DNA of 64,000 nt, taken from Phoronis australis. Lineage: Eukaryota; Animalia; Phoronida. Shown here piece by piece: positions 35,772 to 49,417 of the stretch (positions are counted from its first letter, which is position 1; each line of letters starts with the position of its first letter). A program made the translations under genes and the position numbers. The stretch covers positions 161,208 through 225,207 of the forward strand of contig NMRA01000262.1 of assembly GCA_002633005.1 (NCBI GenBank), written 5' to 3'. Under the pieces are notes generated by a model, which saw nothing but the letters and a program-made list of their open reading frames with translations, ran no database searches and was not told the origin of the DNA.

Positions 35772-36619
35772 CCGAAATTCAGCTGTCAATTGTCATGATG
35801 GTGGAATTCAAAGTCATTTTGAATGAATATTTGACTTGTACTGTATAACATCTGCGTCACTTTCAAATTGTTGTTTGACTGCTGGACAACCCCTAACTAC
35901 ACATAAATGAAATATTTTAATTGATAACCAATCACTTCTCTAAAAACCACTGCACCAGGTGTTAGTCATTCTTGAGCTGTAGTCACAAAATGATATAACA
36001 TTCCTGTCAAACATTGCGCATTAAACACCTTGTAATCTTTATTCAAACATTTTTCATATTTGTTACTACAATAACTAAAAAGATCACCGTAGGTGTACTT
36101 TGCACTATCTGCATGCTTAATCCAACTAGTCAAACTGCCTGCTACAACTAGTAAAATTTGTCCTAAGCAAGCAAAGTAGCTGGTAGTAGTCAAAACATGA
36201 TTCAGTAATGCATGTAATCCATAAGACTGCATTGTCATTTGAGACATAGTCCAACTGTGCAGTATCAGATGAAATTTCATTGTTTGCATTTCTCATTTAC
36301 TTTATTGCCACCTATTGGAAACCACAAAAAGCTTGTGCAGTTGGGGGACCAAACTAAACTTCAAATGATACAGAAAAAAGTTAAGTAGTAGAAAATTCAC
36401 AAGCCAATACCCGGCTCTGGAATTCTTTGAGTTTTTCTCTGTGATTATGATGAAAGCTATTATGTGCACAAGCCAAATCAAGGTATTGTTTGACTATACA
36501 TCAAATAGTGCTGTCACTAACAGTTCTCAAATAAAGGAACACGTCACAAAAAGAAATGTGTGGTTTGTGCTGTTCTCATCGATACCATGGATTGTGGTAT
36601 CACATTGAGGTGGACAATA

Positions 36620-38100
36620 CAAAAATAGTAAAAACCGCTATTAGGTGGCGCAGAATATGCCAAATCTATTGTAAAGTGGAAAGATACTATCGCCATCATT
36701 GCAGCAGTTTGTTTGTCGATTTCCATTAAAAGCTAATAAGGAACTCTGATAATACAGAGGCAAATGTAAACACTAAACAAGCCACTAGGGGGTACAGTGG
36801 CTATCGTCATATTTATAATACCGGTAAAGCATTTGCAAAACTATAAAAGATCCTTCATTGCGGTAAGGATATACAACCAAGGACGCAAAAAAGACAAAAC
36901 CACCACCAAGAGGTGCCAGAGTTATCACACATGTCCAAAAATCAAAATCAGCCAGGGTCTTCTCACCAGGAACACATCTGTTTTTTAAATGATCTTTTAA
37001 GCAGTTGGACAGATAAAGTGTCAAATGCCATCAGGTGGTGTGCATTGAGTCAATAGGGTAGACTATTGTCACCTCCTTAATACAAACCTGTATGCAAAAT
37101 TTCACAAATATCCATCGATGAACTCCCAAGACACAAACGCAAACACTAAAATTACCATTAGAGGCCTCAGCAGTAGTCCGGTGAGTCTGAAGCTCATCAT
37201 AATTCCTTGTCAGCTCCATAGGAACAAATTTCACAGAACTCTTGCTAAGGGTTAAGGAGACACAGTCATAGACGACTACAATAGAACTGACAATAGGGGA
37301 TGCCAAAGTAGTCAAACCCGTCTGAATATCATCAGAAACACATCTGCAAACTTTCACAATCATCCTTGAAGAAGTTTGGTGGCAAATGCCAAAGAGACAA
37401 AACTTTTAAAAGTCACCACTAGGAGGCGCACAATAGGTCAAATCTGTTCGAAAATGAGATACCACTGTTGACTCTGCAATAGAAACCTATTAGTGAAATT
37501 TCATAAAAGTCTATCTTTGAACTTCGAAGATACACAGGAAAACGTAAAGAAATAAAATGGCGACTAAAGGGCACACCATCTCCACAGGAACACATATGCC
37601 AAACTTCACAAATTTCTTGCAAAGTGTTAAGGAGATATGAAAAACAAAATGCCCACTAGGGGCGCCAGAGTACTCAACATTAGGAACACGCATGCCAATT
37701 ACCATAGTAATTCTTCAAGTGGTTTGAATGATAGAAAAAAAACAAACTCAAAACTTTAAAAATGGCCACTAGAGGACGCAGAATCATCAAAGCCATACGA
37801 AAACAAAAAGGTGATGTCATCTCCTTAATAGAAACCTATTTGCTAAATTTCATGAAAATCCCACAACAAACTCCAAAGATGCAAAGGCAAATGTAAAAAA
37901 CGAAAACAGGCAGAAGAGGGCACAGCGGTAACAAGATCAGTTCAGACTTCATCCCCATCTGTCGTCAGCCTCATAGGAACACATCTGCCAAATCTCATTA
38001 CGATATTGCAAGGGGTTTAAGATATACAGCAGCAGATGCCTGACACCCATACAGATATGATGGCAATATACACCCACATATTAATGTGCGGGTGCATAAA
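36620..38100 (-). mobile_element. HINE family 1, copy E (reverse orientation)
   Basis: CACCCACATATTAATGTGCGGGTGCATAAA terminal hairpin at 38071-38100; CCACTAGG subunits. Confidence 0.8.
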
Positions 38101-38345
38101 GTTATCTCCCCTGTTCATGATCTTGAATTTGTATCCACAAACTACAACTACATATGCTATAACAACAACCCTTATGTAACCATTAAGTGGCTACTGAAAC
38201 ACCAGCACTTTAAGAACTGTGGCTTGGTTATTTTGTAGCATGACTTTGACTGACAACTTCAGTCTTTGAGAGTTCCTTCAGTCTCAAAGAGTTCTTTGTC
38301 TCATCATCCCGACATGTCAATGATAGATGTAGTCACTAGTGCCAC

Positions 38346-38411
38346 CTAGCTGCCCTTTTGTTCATTTGATTCCTCTGGCAGAGACTTCAAGTGGTTTACC
38401 AGCCAGTCAGT
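38346..38411 (-). CDS. HINT3: HINT3 exon 5 (TDWLVNHLKSLPEESNEQKGS*)
   Basis: tgtttttAG acceptor, phase 0, stop TAG; corresponds to HINT3 C-terminal helix. Confidence 0.85.
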   Translation of the reverse strand, partial: TDWLVNHLKSLPEESNEQKGS

Positions 38412-38863
38412 CTAAAAACAGTCAAAAATCCATCATTAAAAAGTTGAATTTAAAAGTGTCATTTAATTTATCATAAACCTAATGCAAGACTTATAAATTT
38501 ATTATTGGACACAATCTGAGTCTGAGAAAACAAAGAAAATTTGCCATTTGTATACTTTGAGTGTCACCTGAAGTTATAGGAGATGTTGTATGAGCTGTGG
38601 ATTATGGGAAATTATTCCTTCAAAGCAGATGAAACAAATACACACACTGAGATGTTGAGAAGAAAGATATCCCATAGATATTGCTGGATGTACACATATC
38701 AGTTTTCATCTATTAGCAGAAAGATCCATGGTATGTCAGTTCTTATTCACAAAGTTATCAATAGAACAACCAAACAGTCTTGTCTACATGCAATAGACCA
38801 GTGGCGTTACCATTAAAAAGAAAAATGATTATTTAATGAAACATCTTCATTTGAAACACGTAC

Positions 38864-38990
38864 AGTTGAAAACCAGAAGGAGTTAGGTCTGAATAGCAAT
38901 CGTGAGAAGAACCCCATCTGTGATGCAGGGGAGATAACGTGAATGTGGAAGTGACTGACCAAGACTGCAGGGGGCCAATGTGCACCCAAC
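38864..38990 (-). CDS. HINT3: HINT3 exon 4 with HIT motif (RLGAHWPPAVLVSHFHIHVISPASQMGFFSRLLFRPNSFWFST)
   Basis: HxHxH triad SHFHIHVI; GxHxPP and NSxWF are HINT3-type motifs; canonical splice sites, phase 2-0. Confidence 0.95.
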
Positions 38991-39874
38991 CTGTGGAACA
39001 AAATAAAACATAACAAACCATTTCATGTTGATCAGACGCAAAATGGGACCTGTATCATGAAAATATGAAAAAATTATAAAAGTGCAGTCAATAAAAGAAT
39101 AAGTCTTCTGGTCAGTAAATCACAACTATTTCAAGAATGGCAAGTCGGAGTGAGAAATAAGGTTCATAACATAGATGGCGCTTGATGACATCTATCCAGA
39201 TAGCTAGGGTGATTTTGTTCATGATGGATTACGTGTAATTGTTGACAAATCAACCAAGACTTCAGATTTTGTTCTCCTAAGGATCTGTGATTATGTGTAC
39301 TAAACAAAATGTATGATGAGTATACCTCACACAATATGGCAGACGAGTAGAACTTTCTTTTCATTGCCAAAGCTCTAAGAAAAATAATGACGAATCTAAG
39401 ACAATGGTAACTTCATCACTAACATGGTAACTTTGTGCTCTGGAGGTTTCATGAAACAAAACCAGAGTTGAGAAATGTCATACCACCCTTTGAAGAGTGA
39501 GAAATGGACAAGATTGATGATACAAATACAGTGGTTAATTGAACCATTATCATTCACTGAGCCTATTACAATATCAGTGCTAATTTGGATGAAATTATGG
39601 CACGTCAACTTCTTTCCTTTTCAGTAAAGCACCTGAAATAAATTTAATGTAATAAGGCTCTAAGTTGTTAAAATTTACTATCAATAACAAACCACTTCAT
39701 AACTGCCCATTAACTCAGTCACTACCTATGACTGATTATAGCTAAGCAACTTTAAGTTGAGATGCATATAGGTTTGTGAGGTGCTTAAAAATGCATCAAA
39801 AAGACAAAATTTAATGACAAAGACTCCAATGCAAACGTGACTAGAATGTAACTTAGAGCAATTATTGCCTTTAC

Positions 39875-39941
39875 CTGATGTCTTCAACCAAACCTCCCTG
39901 TTCTTCTATCACTTGTTTGCCAACAGCTACCATTTTCTCAA
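39875..39941 (-). CDS. HINT3: HINT3 exon 3 (VEKMVAVGKQVIEEQGGLVEDIR)
   Basis: ttgtttcAG / AG|GTAA, phase 1-2. Confidence 0.92.
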
Positions 39942-39987
39942 CTGAAACAAGCAGCAATATGAAAAAATCTGCGATCGCCCATGATGC

Positions 39988-40172
39988 ATGATAAGAGAGG
40001 AGGGACAGGGCCCAAATACTCTGGAGGAAGATAGGAGAGGAGGGGCAGGACCCAAGTACACTGGGGGAAGATAGGACAGGAGGAACAGGGCAAAACTACA
40101 GCAGGGAAAGATAGGGGAAGACGGTCAGGGGTCAAATACACTGGAGGAAAACAGGGGAATAGGGACAGGGTC
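39988..40172. repeat. degenerate ~41-bp purine-rich tandem repeat, 4-5 copies
   Basis: GATAGGAGAGGAGGG..CAGG.CCCAA.TACACTGG.G.A units. Confidence 0.7.
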
Positions 40173-40229
40173 TGCCAAATAGATTGTATTTTATGTCACA
40201 TGCTCAGCACTGTAGGATGACATTTGACT

Positions 40230-41068
40230 TTGCACAATAATCAACTGCTGGCTTATGACCCTTCCTAATTGGGCCATTATGTTGCACAATAATCAACTGC
40301 TGGCTTATGACCCTTCCTAATTGGGCCATTATGTTGCACAATAATCAACTGCTGGCTTATGACCCTTCCTAATTGGGCCATTATGTTGCACAATAATCAA
40401 CTGCTGGCTTATGACCCTTCCTAATTGGGCCATTATGTTGCACAATAATCAACTGCTGGCTTATGACCCTTCCTAATTGGGCCATTATGTTGCACAATAA
40501 TCAACTGCTGGCTTATGACCCTTCCTAATTGGGCCATTATGTTGCACAATAATCAACTGCTGGCTTATGACCCTTCCTAATTGGGCCATTATGTTGCACA
40601 ATAATCAACTGCTGGCTTATGACCCTTCCTAATTGGGCCATTATGTTGCACAATAATCAACTGCTGGCTTATGACCCTTCCTAATTGGGCCATTATGTTG
40701 CACAATAATCAACTGCTGGCTTATGACCCTTCCTAATTGGGCCATTATGTTGCACAATAATCAACTGCTGGCTTATGACCCTTCCTAATTGGGCCATTAT
40801 GTTGCACAATAATCAACTGCTGGCTTATGACCCTTCCTAATTGGGCCATTATGTTGCACAATAATCAACTGCTGGCTTATGACCCTTCCTAATTGGGCCA
40901 TTATGTTGCACAATAATCAACTGCTGGCTTATGACCCTTCCTAATTGGGCCATTATGTTGCACAATAATCAACTGCTGGCTTATGACCCTTCCTAATTGG
41001 GCCATTATGTTGCACAATAATCAACTGCTGGCTTATGACCCTTCCTAATTGGGCCATTATGTTGCACA
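40230..41068. repeat. 52-bp minisatellite, ~16 apparently identical copies (HINT3 intron 2)
   Basis: TTGCACAATAATCAACTGCTGGCTTATGACCCTTCCTAATTGGGCCATTATG. Confidence 0.98.
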
Positions 41069-41347
41069 GCCAGCAGAGTTAATGAAGCACAATATTGACT
41101 GTTATAAGAGGCACATTTCTTGACCCCATTTTCAAAATTGAAATACTTGACCACGTGTACATTGTACAAACTATTCAAATACACTGTTTTAAAAACTTTC
41201 TAAATGAAAACACTATTAGCACCGTCAGTGTTTACAAACATGTTCATGATGGTCCACATTGTGGTTGATTACCCAAGTTAATCTCCAGAGAACAGTAACA
41301 TCTGTTGACACTGGGTGGTTTCTTTGAAGAAAGCGGTGAATTTTAAG

Positions 41348-41568
41348 GTCATGGATCTGATCCAGTTGTCATGGATCTGATCCAGTTGTCATAGATCTGA
41401 TCCAGTTGTCATGGATCTGATCCAGTTGTCATGGATCTGATCCAGTTGTCATGGATCTGATCCAGTTGTCATAGATCTGATCCAGTTGTCATAGATCTGA
41501 TCCAGTTGTCATGGATCTGATCCAGTTGTCATGGATCTGATCCAGTTGTCATGGATCTGATCCAGTTG
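41348..41568. repeat. 20-bp minisatellite, ~11 copies
   Basis: GTCAT(G/A)GATCTGATCCAGTT; unit contains the TGGATC-T-GATCCA inverted repeat. Confidence 0.97.
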
Positions 41569-43136
41569 GGTGAAGTGTCAGCGTAGGATTCTTTTCATGA
41601 TGAAGTTAATTATCCAAATCTGTAACTATCATACAGATCATCAACAGAATTTCCCCAGGCCAAAGCACTAGACAGGACTATTACTAGCTTTACAACATAA
41701 CTACTAATTGTGAATGGATTTGTTTGACTTAAAGACCATTGGTAACTAGCATTTTATGCTGGCGACGAACCTGACACCATCTTCCAATGCTATGTGGTTT
41801 CATGAACGTGCTTCTCCATTCAAATTTCACTGCATTTTATGACGTCTTTAGATTCCTCTCATAACCCATGGTGTATACAAGACAAGTAGTCACATTATAT
41901 TGCTCCTGCAATTGGCACTGTAATCAAGACAAAGGAACAGCAGTTGCAATACGCTATTTCTCTTGTAGTAATAGTATAGTAATAGAATTTCCTCGTGTAG
42001 TAAAACGATTTTTGCCATTCAAATAATGAAAAGTTTAATTTTCAATGGCAGATTAGTTTTTATAGTTTACAGTGCCATAATTGCCGGTCATACAATGTAG
42101 CGCCTAAAGGTTGAGTTGTGTAACAACACCACGTCCAAATCATCAGTGATGCAGCTTGCAAGCCATGGTGAGTTTGGCAGAATTGTTCATGAAAGCACCA
42201 ACATTACAGTACAGATCACAACCACCCCACTATCAACATTTATTGTGAAGTAGTCATTTCGAGTTTGTTGGCAACGTGCTGTTGAAAATGGTGATAATTC
42301 TGGATGATGCCTGTAGAGTTTACCATTGTTGTATCTCCATAATGGACTCATTCTGAAGCCCTGGATACTCACTGTATATAAACATCTCTACATACACTGG
42401 AAATGACAATAGCATTTTTTAAAATTTTTATTTTGAAAATTTTAAAAAGTATATTTGAATAGTTTGTGAAAAGTACACGTGATTAAGTTTTTAAAGTTTG
42501 AAAATCGGACAAGAAATGTGACTTTTGCAACCTAAACTAAAACATTTTACACAATGCAGTGTTTGAAAAATGAAGAATGACAATTATAGCCAAAAATTTT
42601 GTTCATATTTCAAGAAACAAATAAAAGTCAAAACATTAACATCAAAACATTCCATTTGTGACGCGTGCCATTTGTTTGTTTGTTTGATAGAGCAACATCT
42701 TTCACGAGACAACTTCACTGAAGGAATATTTGTTCTTTCCATTTGCAGGTTGCAAAGTACACACAACTTCTAACAATGTACTAAACAATTCTCGTAACTT
42801 CTTTAAAACTGTGCGCAAACTTGTGTAAAAAACAGTGGATTAAAGAATCATAGAAACATAAATTGGCCAACAGATGTCACATAATCTATTACATGGTGAT
42901 CAAAGCTGCCACATATGGTTACCCCAACACTTAACTACAGAATAACACATTAACAATATTTTTATCAATCTGGTAACCAAATTAGTTTAGAAAAGGAAGG
43001 TGTGTAGTTTTTAATGGCATTCATTTTGTGTCCAATGTTATTTCACCAGGTTTTCCCACATCAATCTAAAGCTATTTTGCATTTTCAGCTTTGCAGCAAG
43101 ACTATAGACTTTCCAGTTCAGATCAATAGCTCATAC

Positions 43137-43254
43137 CAACAGCAACATGGTGGCGCTGCAAATACCCCGCATTCTTGATATGAGTCTTTGTAATGACCAA
43201 ATAGTGATGGTCAGTGGCTGGACGGTGGTCAGGGAACACAACCAAGTCATCATC
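43137..43254 (-). CDS. HINT3: HINT3 exon 2 (DDDLVVFPDHRPATDHHYLVITKTHIKNAGYLQRHHVAV)
   Basis: HIT-family F.D..P....H.LV..K.H motif; catcAG / G|GTATGA, phase 0-1. Confidence 0.95.
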
Positions 43255-43839
43255 CTGATGAGAAAAATCACATGCTCAATAACAAATATACAGAGTCTGA
43301 AGACTGGCAAACCCAGTAAAGGTTTGATAGACTACGATTTCCTTATGAGACTTTGTAATTAAAGAAACTGTAATTTCTTCTCAAGTCAAGCAACCACACT
43401 CAACATCATTTATGTCCATTTTCTACTGAAACAGTTCACGAACTACAGTTGACTATCATTACTATAGATATAAGTAGACACTAGTATAATGAGTCACCGA
43501 ACCATTAAACCTAAAATGGTCCATCCACACTGCACTCTTGCATAGCTGTATTTAAGTGACCAGCTGGTAGGTGCTACTAAACTGAATGATATCAAGTGAT
43601 AAATAAGTGGTTTCCCAAAATAATCAACAATTAAAAATATATACGTGATTATCAGTAGCCATGTTTATTCTGTTTTAGCTAGCGATAGTTAGTTACAGTT
43701 GAAAACTTATGCTTCATCAGTCACAGTGTTTTACTGTCAAAAGCAGCCGAGCAGTCTGGCAGGTCAAGGAATCGTCAATTTTTAATTTTCACAATCAATC
43801 TTATACTCTCCAGCAGCATCTACGATTTTGAGATGAGGA

Positions 43840-45100
43840 ACAAGTATGTTGACCCTACCGTCCAGAAGGGAGGAATTCAAGCGTTTTCAGGATGTTTGGA
43901 GATAGCAAAGGAGTCCAAGAACGAGTTGGATCTGGCCCTGGTTTGCCTGGAACTAGCCACCATGGATGGTTCAGAGCCACATACTTTGACGTTTAAGGCT
44001 CGACGTTTATGATTCGTGACGCTAATCGCAAAGTATTTCAGAGGTATCAAGTTTAGGCTCATCACCAAGCACTTTTCCATGACATTTCAAAATTTGCATA
44101 AAGGCATTCTCAGCGGTGCACTATTTCAGTCGTCCTGTTCATGTTAGCAGTGATCCTAGTGGTGAAACGTGCATCCAAAGAATGCAGAGGATGTCATTGT
44201 GCCAAGCCTTTCTTGATGATTTGACCATATCTGCAAACTTTGCTAGGATCTCCGGTTGGATGCTAAGAAATCTTGAAGAACTAAAAGGCTGGACAAGGAT
44301 GAAATTTAAAGTGGAAAAGTCCAGGAGTCTAGTTATTGGAAATTTAAACCTACATCATGTTTTCAAGCTGGGTGGTGAGAAGATTTCCTCAGTTGCGAGA
44401 AGTATTACGTGTTTGGCCTAGATATGTGACAGATCAATGAAAGACCAGAATAATATAAGAAACAGTCAGAATGCTGAAAGAAAGTATTCAAAGAATTCAC
44501 AAATCTGATATTCCAGCAAAATACAAGGCATGGTGCTAACAGTTCGTGTTCTTACCAAAGATAGAATGGCTTTTATCTGTGTATGACTTTCCTGTCTACA
44601 TTGGAGTGTCTATGTAATTCATTCATCAGGAAATGGTTAAGTTCCGCATAGTTTCTCCTCTGTAAGGGTTTTTCAAGGTTTGCCGCAGTCAGCATTCCTT
44701 TATTCTCTTTAGTAGAGGATTTTAAGGTCTCAAAAGTCAGCAACATGCTCACTCTCAGGGAACCCAAAGGCAAGTTGATCAAGACTATTGATGGCGAGAC
44801 GGAAATGGACGGCACAGGATGCTGAAGAAACAGCAGGTTAAGACTCAAAGACATCGTCGGTCCAGTTTGCAGAGGTGGACAAGGTCTAGGCACAGACCCT
44901 TTTAAGAGGCAGTCATCAGCCAGGGGAAAAGACAAGAGAGACATGGTGTCAGCAGAGGTTCGTAACGAGGAAGAAGAAGCAAGATACACCTGAGCTGCTG
45001 GTTTGAGAAAACAAAGAGGCTTGGACATTATGGGAAGAGGTTCTTAACAGAAAGATTTCATTGACAGATCTTAGATCCTTGGAGCAGCACCGTTTATTTT
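43840..45100 (+). mobile_element. decayed RLE-type (NeSL/HERO-like) non-LTR retrotransposon fragment
   Basis: Frameshifted RT remnants: DLALVCLELA..GSEPH (~WLDLANAYGSVPH), AFLDDLTI, RMKFKVEKSRSL, KYKAWC, SLVEDFKVSK, LRLKDIVG..GQGLG. Confidence 0.8.
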
Positions 45101-45819
45101 TTTAAAGAACATAAACTATTTAATTATTTTTACCGGATTCAACTCTCACAGATTTCATGAAAACAAATTAATTATGCCAAATGTAGATAGCAAATCGATC
45201 ATTTATTGGGACAGTGCCCTTACAAAGTCTTCAGCTAGGGACACCGAAAGCTCTTCAAGAAAAGATCCCCTGATGCCCCTGAGTAAGTGGAAGAGGAAAA
45301 TTATGTGACTGGTACAACTAGACCATCAGCTTGCAAACTCAAAGTTCAGGATAAATTTTTAATGGTCTTGATGAAACTGAGAATGAGATTGTCAAACATT
45401 GACCTTTATGTGGTGTGGTTTTAAACAATTTAAGACACAATTTTTTGGAAAGTATCCAAATAACATTAAAATTAATGATGCGTCCGAGTTATGAATACAG
45501 GTTCCCAGTTCTTTGCAAAAGCATAACCAAAGTTAAAGTACATATACATTGGAGCGTCTATGTCACACACAACATTCAAGAGTCTTGATACGTGTTGACT
45601 CCAATGGAAGTGTTTGTTTTTCAATGAAACAACTGCAGGAAGTTTCCAAGACTAAGTTTTTGTAGCAACATGACGAAGAGCTAGGAAACTTCATATTGCA
45701 ATGCACATGAGCCTCAATTCGGCAAACTTTTAAATACCCAATTCAAATCATATGACACATTAGCCAATGTTGTCTATTCCATTTGATAACACGAACATGT
45801 CATCGTTTCTGTAATAAAA

Positions 45820-46956
45820 AACTTACTTACCAAATTTCATAACAATCCATCAAGAAACTTCAGAGAAACAGAGGTAAACGCAAAAAAATTGTATTGCCTC
45901 TAGGGGGTACAGCGTTTGTCGTATCCGTCTGAAAGTCGTCATCGTCCTCAGTCAACTTCATGTAAATAAACTTGGTAATTTTAAAAAATATCTTGTAGAG
46001 GATTTAGGATATATAGCCATGAGCATAAAATAAAACAAAACTACCACTAGGAGGCACCACAGTAGTTGAAGTCGTAGGCAAATCATCATTAGCCATTCTC
46101 TTCATAGTAGGAACATACATGCCAATGTTTACAATCATCCTTGGAGATGTTTGTTTGATAGAGCAGCGGATACCAAAAACAGACTCGAAAACAAATGGCC
46201 ACTAGGTGACGCAAAATACCTCGAATCCATCCAAAAATGTTTGTTAAATTTTGTGAAAATCTGTCGAGGACCTTTGAAGATACAGGGGCAAATGTAAAAA
46301 AACTAAAATTGCAACTAGGGGGCACACCAGTAGTCTGATCCGTCTGAAAATCATGGTTGTTTCTTGTCAACTTCATATAAATACACTAGCTAAATTTAAT
46401 AAAGATCCAGTAGAGCGTTTACGAGAAACAGCTATGGGTGCAAAAACAAACAAAACCGTCACCAGGAGGCACCACAGTAATTGAAGTAGTCGGAAAATTA
46501 TCGTCAGCTGCCCTCTTCACAATGAACACATATACCAATTTTCAATATCATCCTCAGAGTGATATGGTTGGTAACGGGGCACACACCAAAAACAGACTCA
46601 AAAACAGTAAAAATGGCAACTAGGTGGTGCAAAGTACCTCCGCAAATCCACCCGAAAATGGGAAGATAGCGTCATATCACTAATAAATGCCTATCTATCA
46701 AATATTATGAAAATCCAATGAGGACTTCCGAAGATGCAGAGATAAACATAAAATACTAAAAATACCACTTGGGGGAATACCGGCTTTCAGATAGGGCTGA
46801 AATTCGTCGACATCCGTCATCACTTTCCTAGGGAACACATCTGCCAAATCAAATCAAGATCATGACGGTATTAAGAAGATACAGCTGTAGATGCCGGATG
46901 ACAGACAGAGATGACGGGAATATGCACCCGCATATAAATATGTGGGTGCATAAAAA
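45820..46956 (-). mobile_element. HINE family 1, copy F (reverse orientation, HINT3 intron 1)
   Basis: Terminal hairpin TATGCACCCGCATAT-AA-ATATGTGGGTGCATA (46921-46952), GACAGACA microsatellite, CCACTAGG subunits. Confidence 0.85.
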
Positions 46957-48668
46957 GATCGATTCAATATGGCCAACGAGCAGGCGAGTTTTTGCTTATT
47001 AAAATTAGTGGGACACTTAAAAATATGCTTCAAATTGTTTATTACAGGTATCAATGCTCAATGTATTGTTCATTAAGAGAAGACACAACCATTAAAGACA
47101 AATCAAACTATCTGATACAGGCAATACACCTCTAATTCCACAATGTACTCACCGATTAATGACAGGCACCGCAAGATCACGCTCTCATGCTCTTGAACTT
47201 CACACCAAGTGAAAATGACACAGTTGGTGAATGGTTAAAAGTTTTGTGCCATTCATTTGGGAGAGGCGCGAGTCCGAGAGGAGTTGTAATCAAGCACAGA
47301 GTTTTATTTCGGTTGGTTAGCTATGGCGTGGCACAAAAATGACTTCTCATACTTTTTTATATAAAAAAGAGCATATTCGCTCGAGTCAAATGAAAACATA
47401 GAAAATGGATGGACAGTCATGTGTATGTTGTAATGCATACTCGTTCCTAGAATATTGATAAGCTAATATTTACTTTTATAACCCTTGCCAAGATGTATCA
47501 CCGCTTACGTTGTTATTTTGATTTGAAATCGAGTACGTGTATTAGAAGCGCAATCTGTAGTTCCCATCATTAATCATTGAGTGAGATTTCGAATTTGCGG
47601 CATATTGCCTAAATCAGGTAGTTCCATTTGGAATTCTCTACCAGACACATTGGGGAGAGTCAATAAAGAGAAACGTGTGCGATTTATGGTAGTCTGGATA
47701 TAAAGTGTCTCGTTTCTTTGCTTGCTTCGGATATGAGCCAATTATTTTTAATTGTCAGTGATGATAGCTACCGGCTAATGTTTTATGATACTCTGAAAAC
47801 TGAGTATAAAGAATAAAAGCAAATTACCCTTGTATACTTTCTATATTCTCCTATGTTTTTGATTTGCTTTATGTGTTCGAGTGTGCTGGCACTTCCAACT
47901 CTTAAGTTATTTTATGGTACTTCTGACTTTAATAACCAATGTGCATTATTCTCTGTTTCTAGGGGAACTGTCCTAATGTCTGACTAACACTCTGAAGTTT
48001 CTTCATAGGAAAGGGGGTATGGTTACATTTTTGGGGTATTTTTTATAATTGGCAATAATGTTGATTCACGGGTGCGTCCCACGCTTTTTTGGGAGGAGGA
48101 GAATGTTGTGCTGGTCAACATCATTGGCCCATCGCTTTTTTTTTCTGAGGCATCTTATGTTCTCTGTATAAACTGGATATAAAAGAGGTGGCACCAGTGA
48201 TCGAACTTCTCTTCTACAAACCAGAACGCATCGTTGATGTTGAATTCCTGCATTTGTGTGCCGCTAGATTGAACCAAATGTTTTAATCATTAAGTACTCT
48301 TAGAAACCTAACCAGTGAACCTGTGTAATAATACAACCATAGTACATAACAGTGAGCGGCTGATGAGATAGGCAGTGACCACCGTCTCTAGCTGGCCCCA
48401 ATAGAGACGGTGAAGCTCCTACAGCAGCAGCTGGACAGGTGCGCATGCAGTGTCAAAAATGGCCAGTTGCCAATTTGGGCAATTAAACGAAGGACTCCTT
48501 GAAGACAAAGTTTGATTACGTAAGTATTTGTTTGAGTTAGAAGGAATTAAAGACATCGACGGATTCCTAAGGCTAAGTTGTCCCTCTATGCGCAAAAGAT
48601 ACTCATAACTTCATGTTTTTGTTGTAATCGTCAACATCATGTGTCCTTCATCTTTGTAGTACTAACCA

Positions 48669-48744
48669 AGATTACCCAACCCGCGAATTGAACCAGCGAC
48701 CCCCATAAAACCGGCGAGTGTGTTAACCATTCAGCTAGTAATCT
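48669..48744 (-). other. tRNA-derived (SINE-head-like) sequence
   Basis: A box TAGCTGAATGG, B box GGTTCAATTC, terminal pairing AGATTAC/GTAATCT; arms too degenerate for a functional tRNA. Confidence 0.55.
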
Positions 48745-49127
48745 AGGCAATTGCCCGTTAGCGAGTAACACAGTAATCATTGAGACCTGTTTCATCTTGT
48801 CACGAACCAGCACTTCATTTTATCGCTATTTTTCACAGTTACGTGTACCTCAGTTTTATACTAACAATGCGCCAACAAGTAAGGATCGATATCACAATCG
48901 TTTGTTGTATTTGGGAAGAAGATTAAGAAGAAGGTTCATATTCACCAGAACCACATATATATACAACATCTTTCTGTGGTGTCTTAAGATTTGTCAGTTT
49001 TATGGTTGCCGGGGCTGCTGACAATGTTTCAGCATGCAATCAGACCGTCTGGAACGAGCACACTTATGGGATCATATTCAAGCTTGAGTAGCTGACGTGT
49101 TTTAACTGGTGAGTACTTCTAGAGGCC

Positions 49128-49417
49128 TAGGCAATGACCATCGCCTATAGGCGCTCTGTACGCTGGAAGCTTTTCGGCGAATTATGCCTCACACCGACTA
49201 AACCATCAAAGTCACGTTGTTATAAATACCTTTTGCGCATAGAGGAACACCTTAGGAGGTTGTCGATGTGTTTAAGTCCTTCCAACTCGAACAAATACTC
49301 CCGTTATGAAACTTTTTCTTNGAGGCATAATTCGCCGAAAAGCTTCTGGCGTACAGAGCGCCTATAGCCTCTAAATCGCCTCTGCTTCGGGCCAACAGAG
49401 GCAATGGTCATTGCCTA
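49128..49417. mobile_element. AcademH-like MITE (inner, nested)
   Basis: TIR TAGGCAATGACCATCGCCT / AGGCAATGGTCATTGCCTA, internal ~45-bp inverted repeat, perfect 9-bp TSD CTAGAGGCC (49119-49127 / 49418-49426). Confidence 0.8.

Noticed and set aside
42290-42400. Possible alternative terminal exon in HINT3 intron 2 (similarly ~39600-39633 in intron 3)
   Set aside because: Only an acceptor-like site followed by a short frame to a stop; no supporting evidence
48669-48744. Functional tRNA gene
   Set aside because: Anticodon and T arms do not fold canonically; better explained as a tRNA-derived repeat
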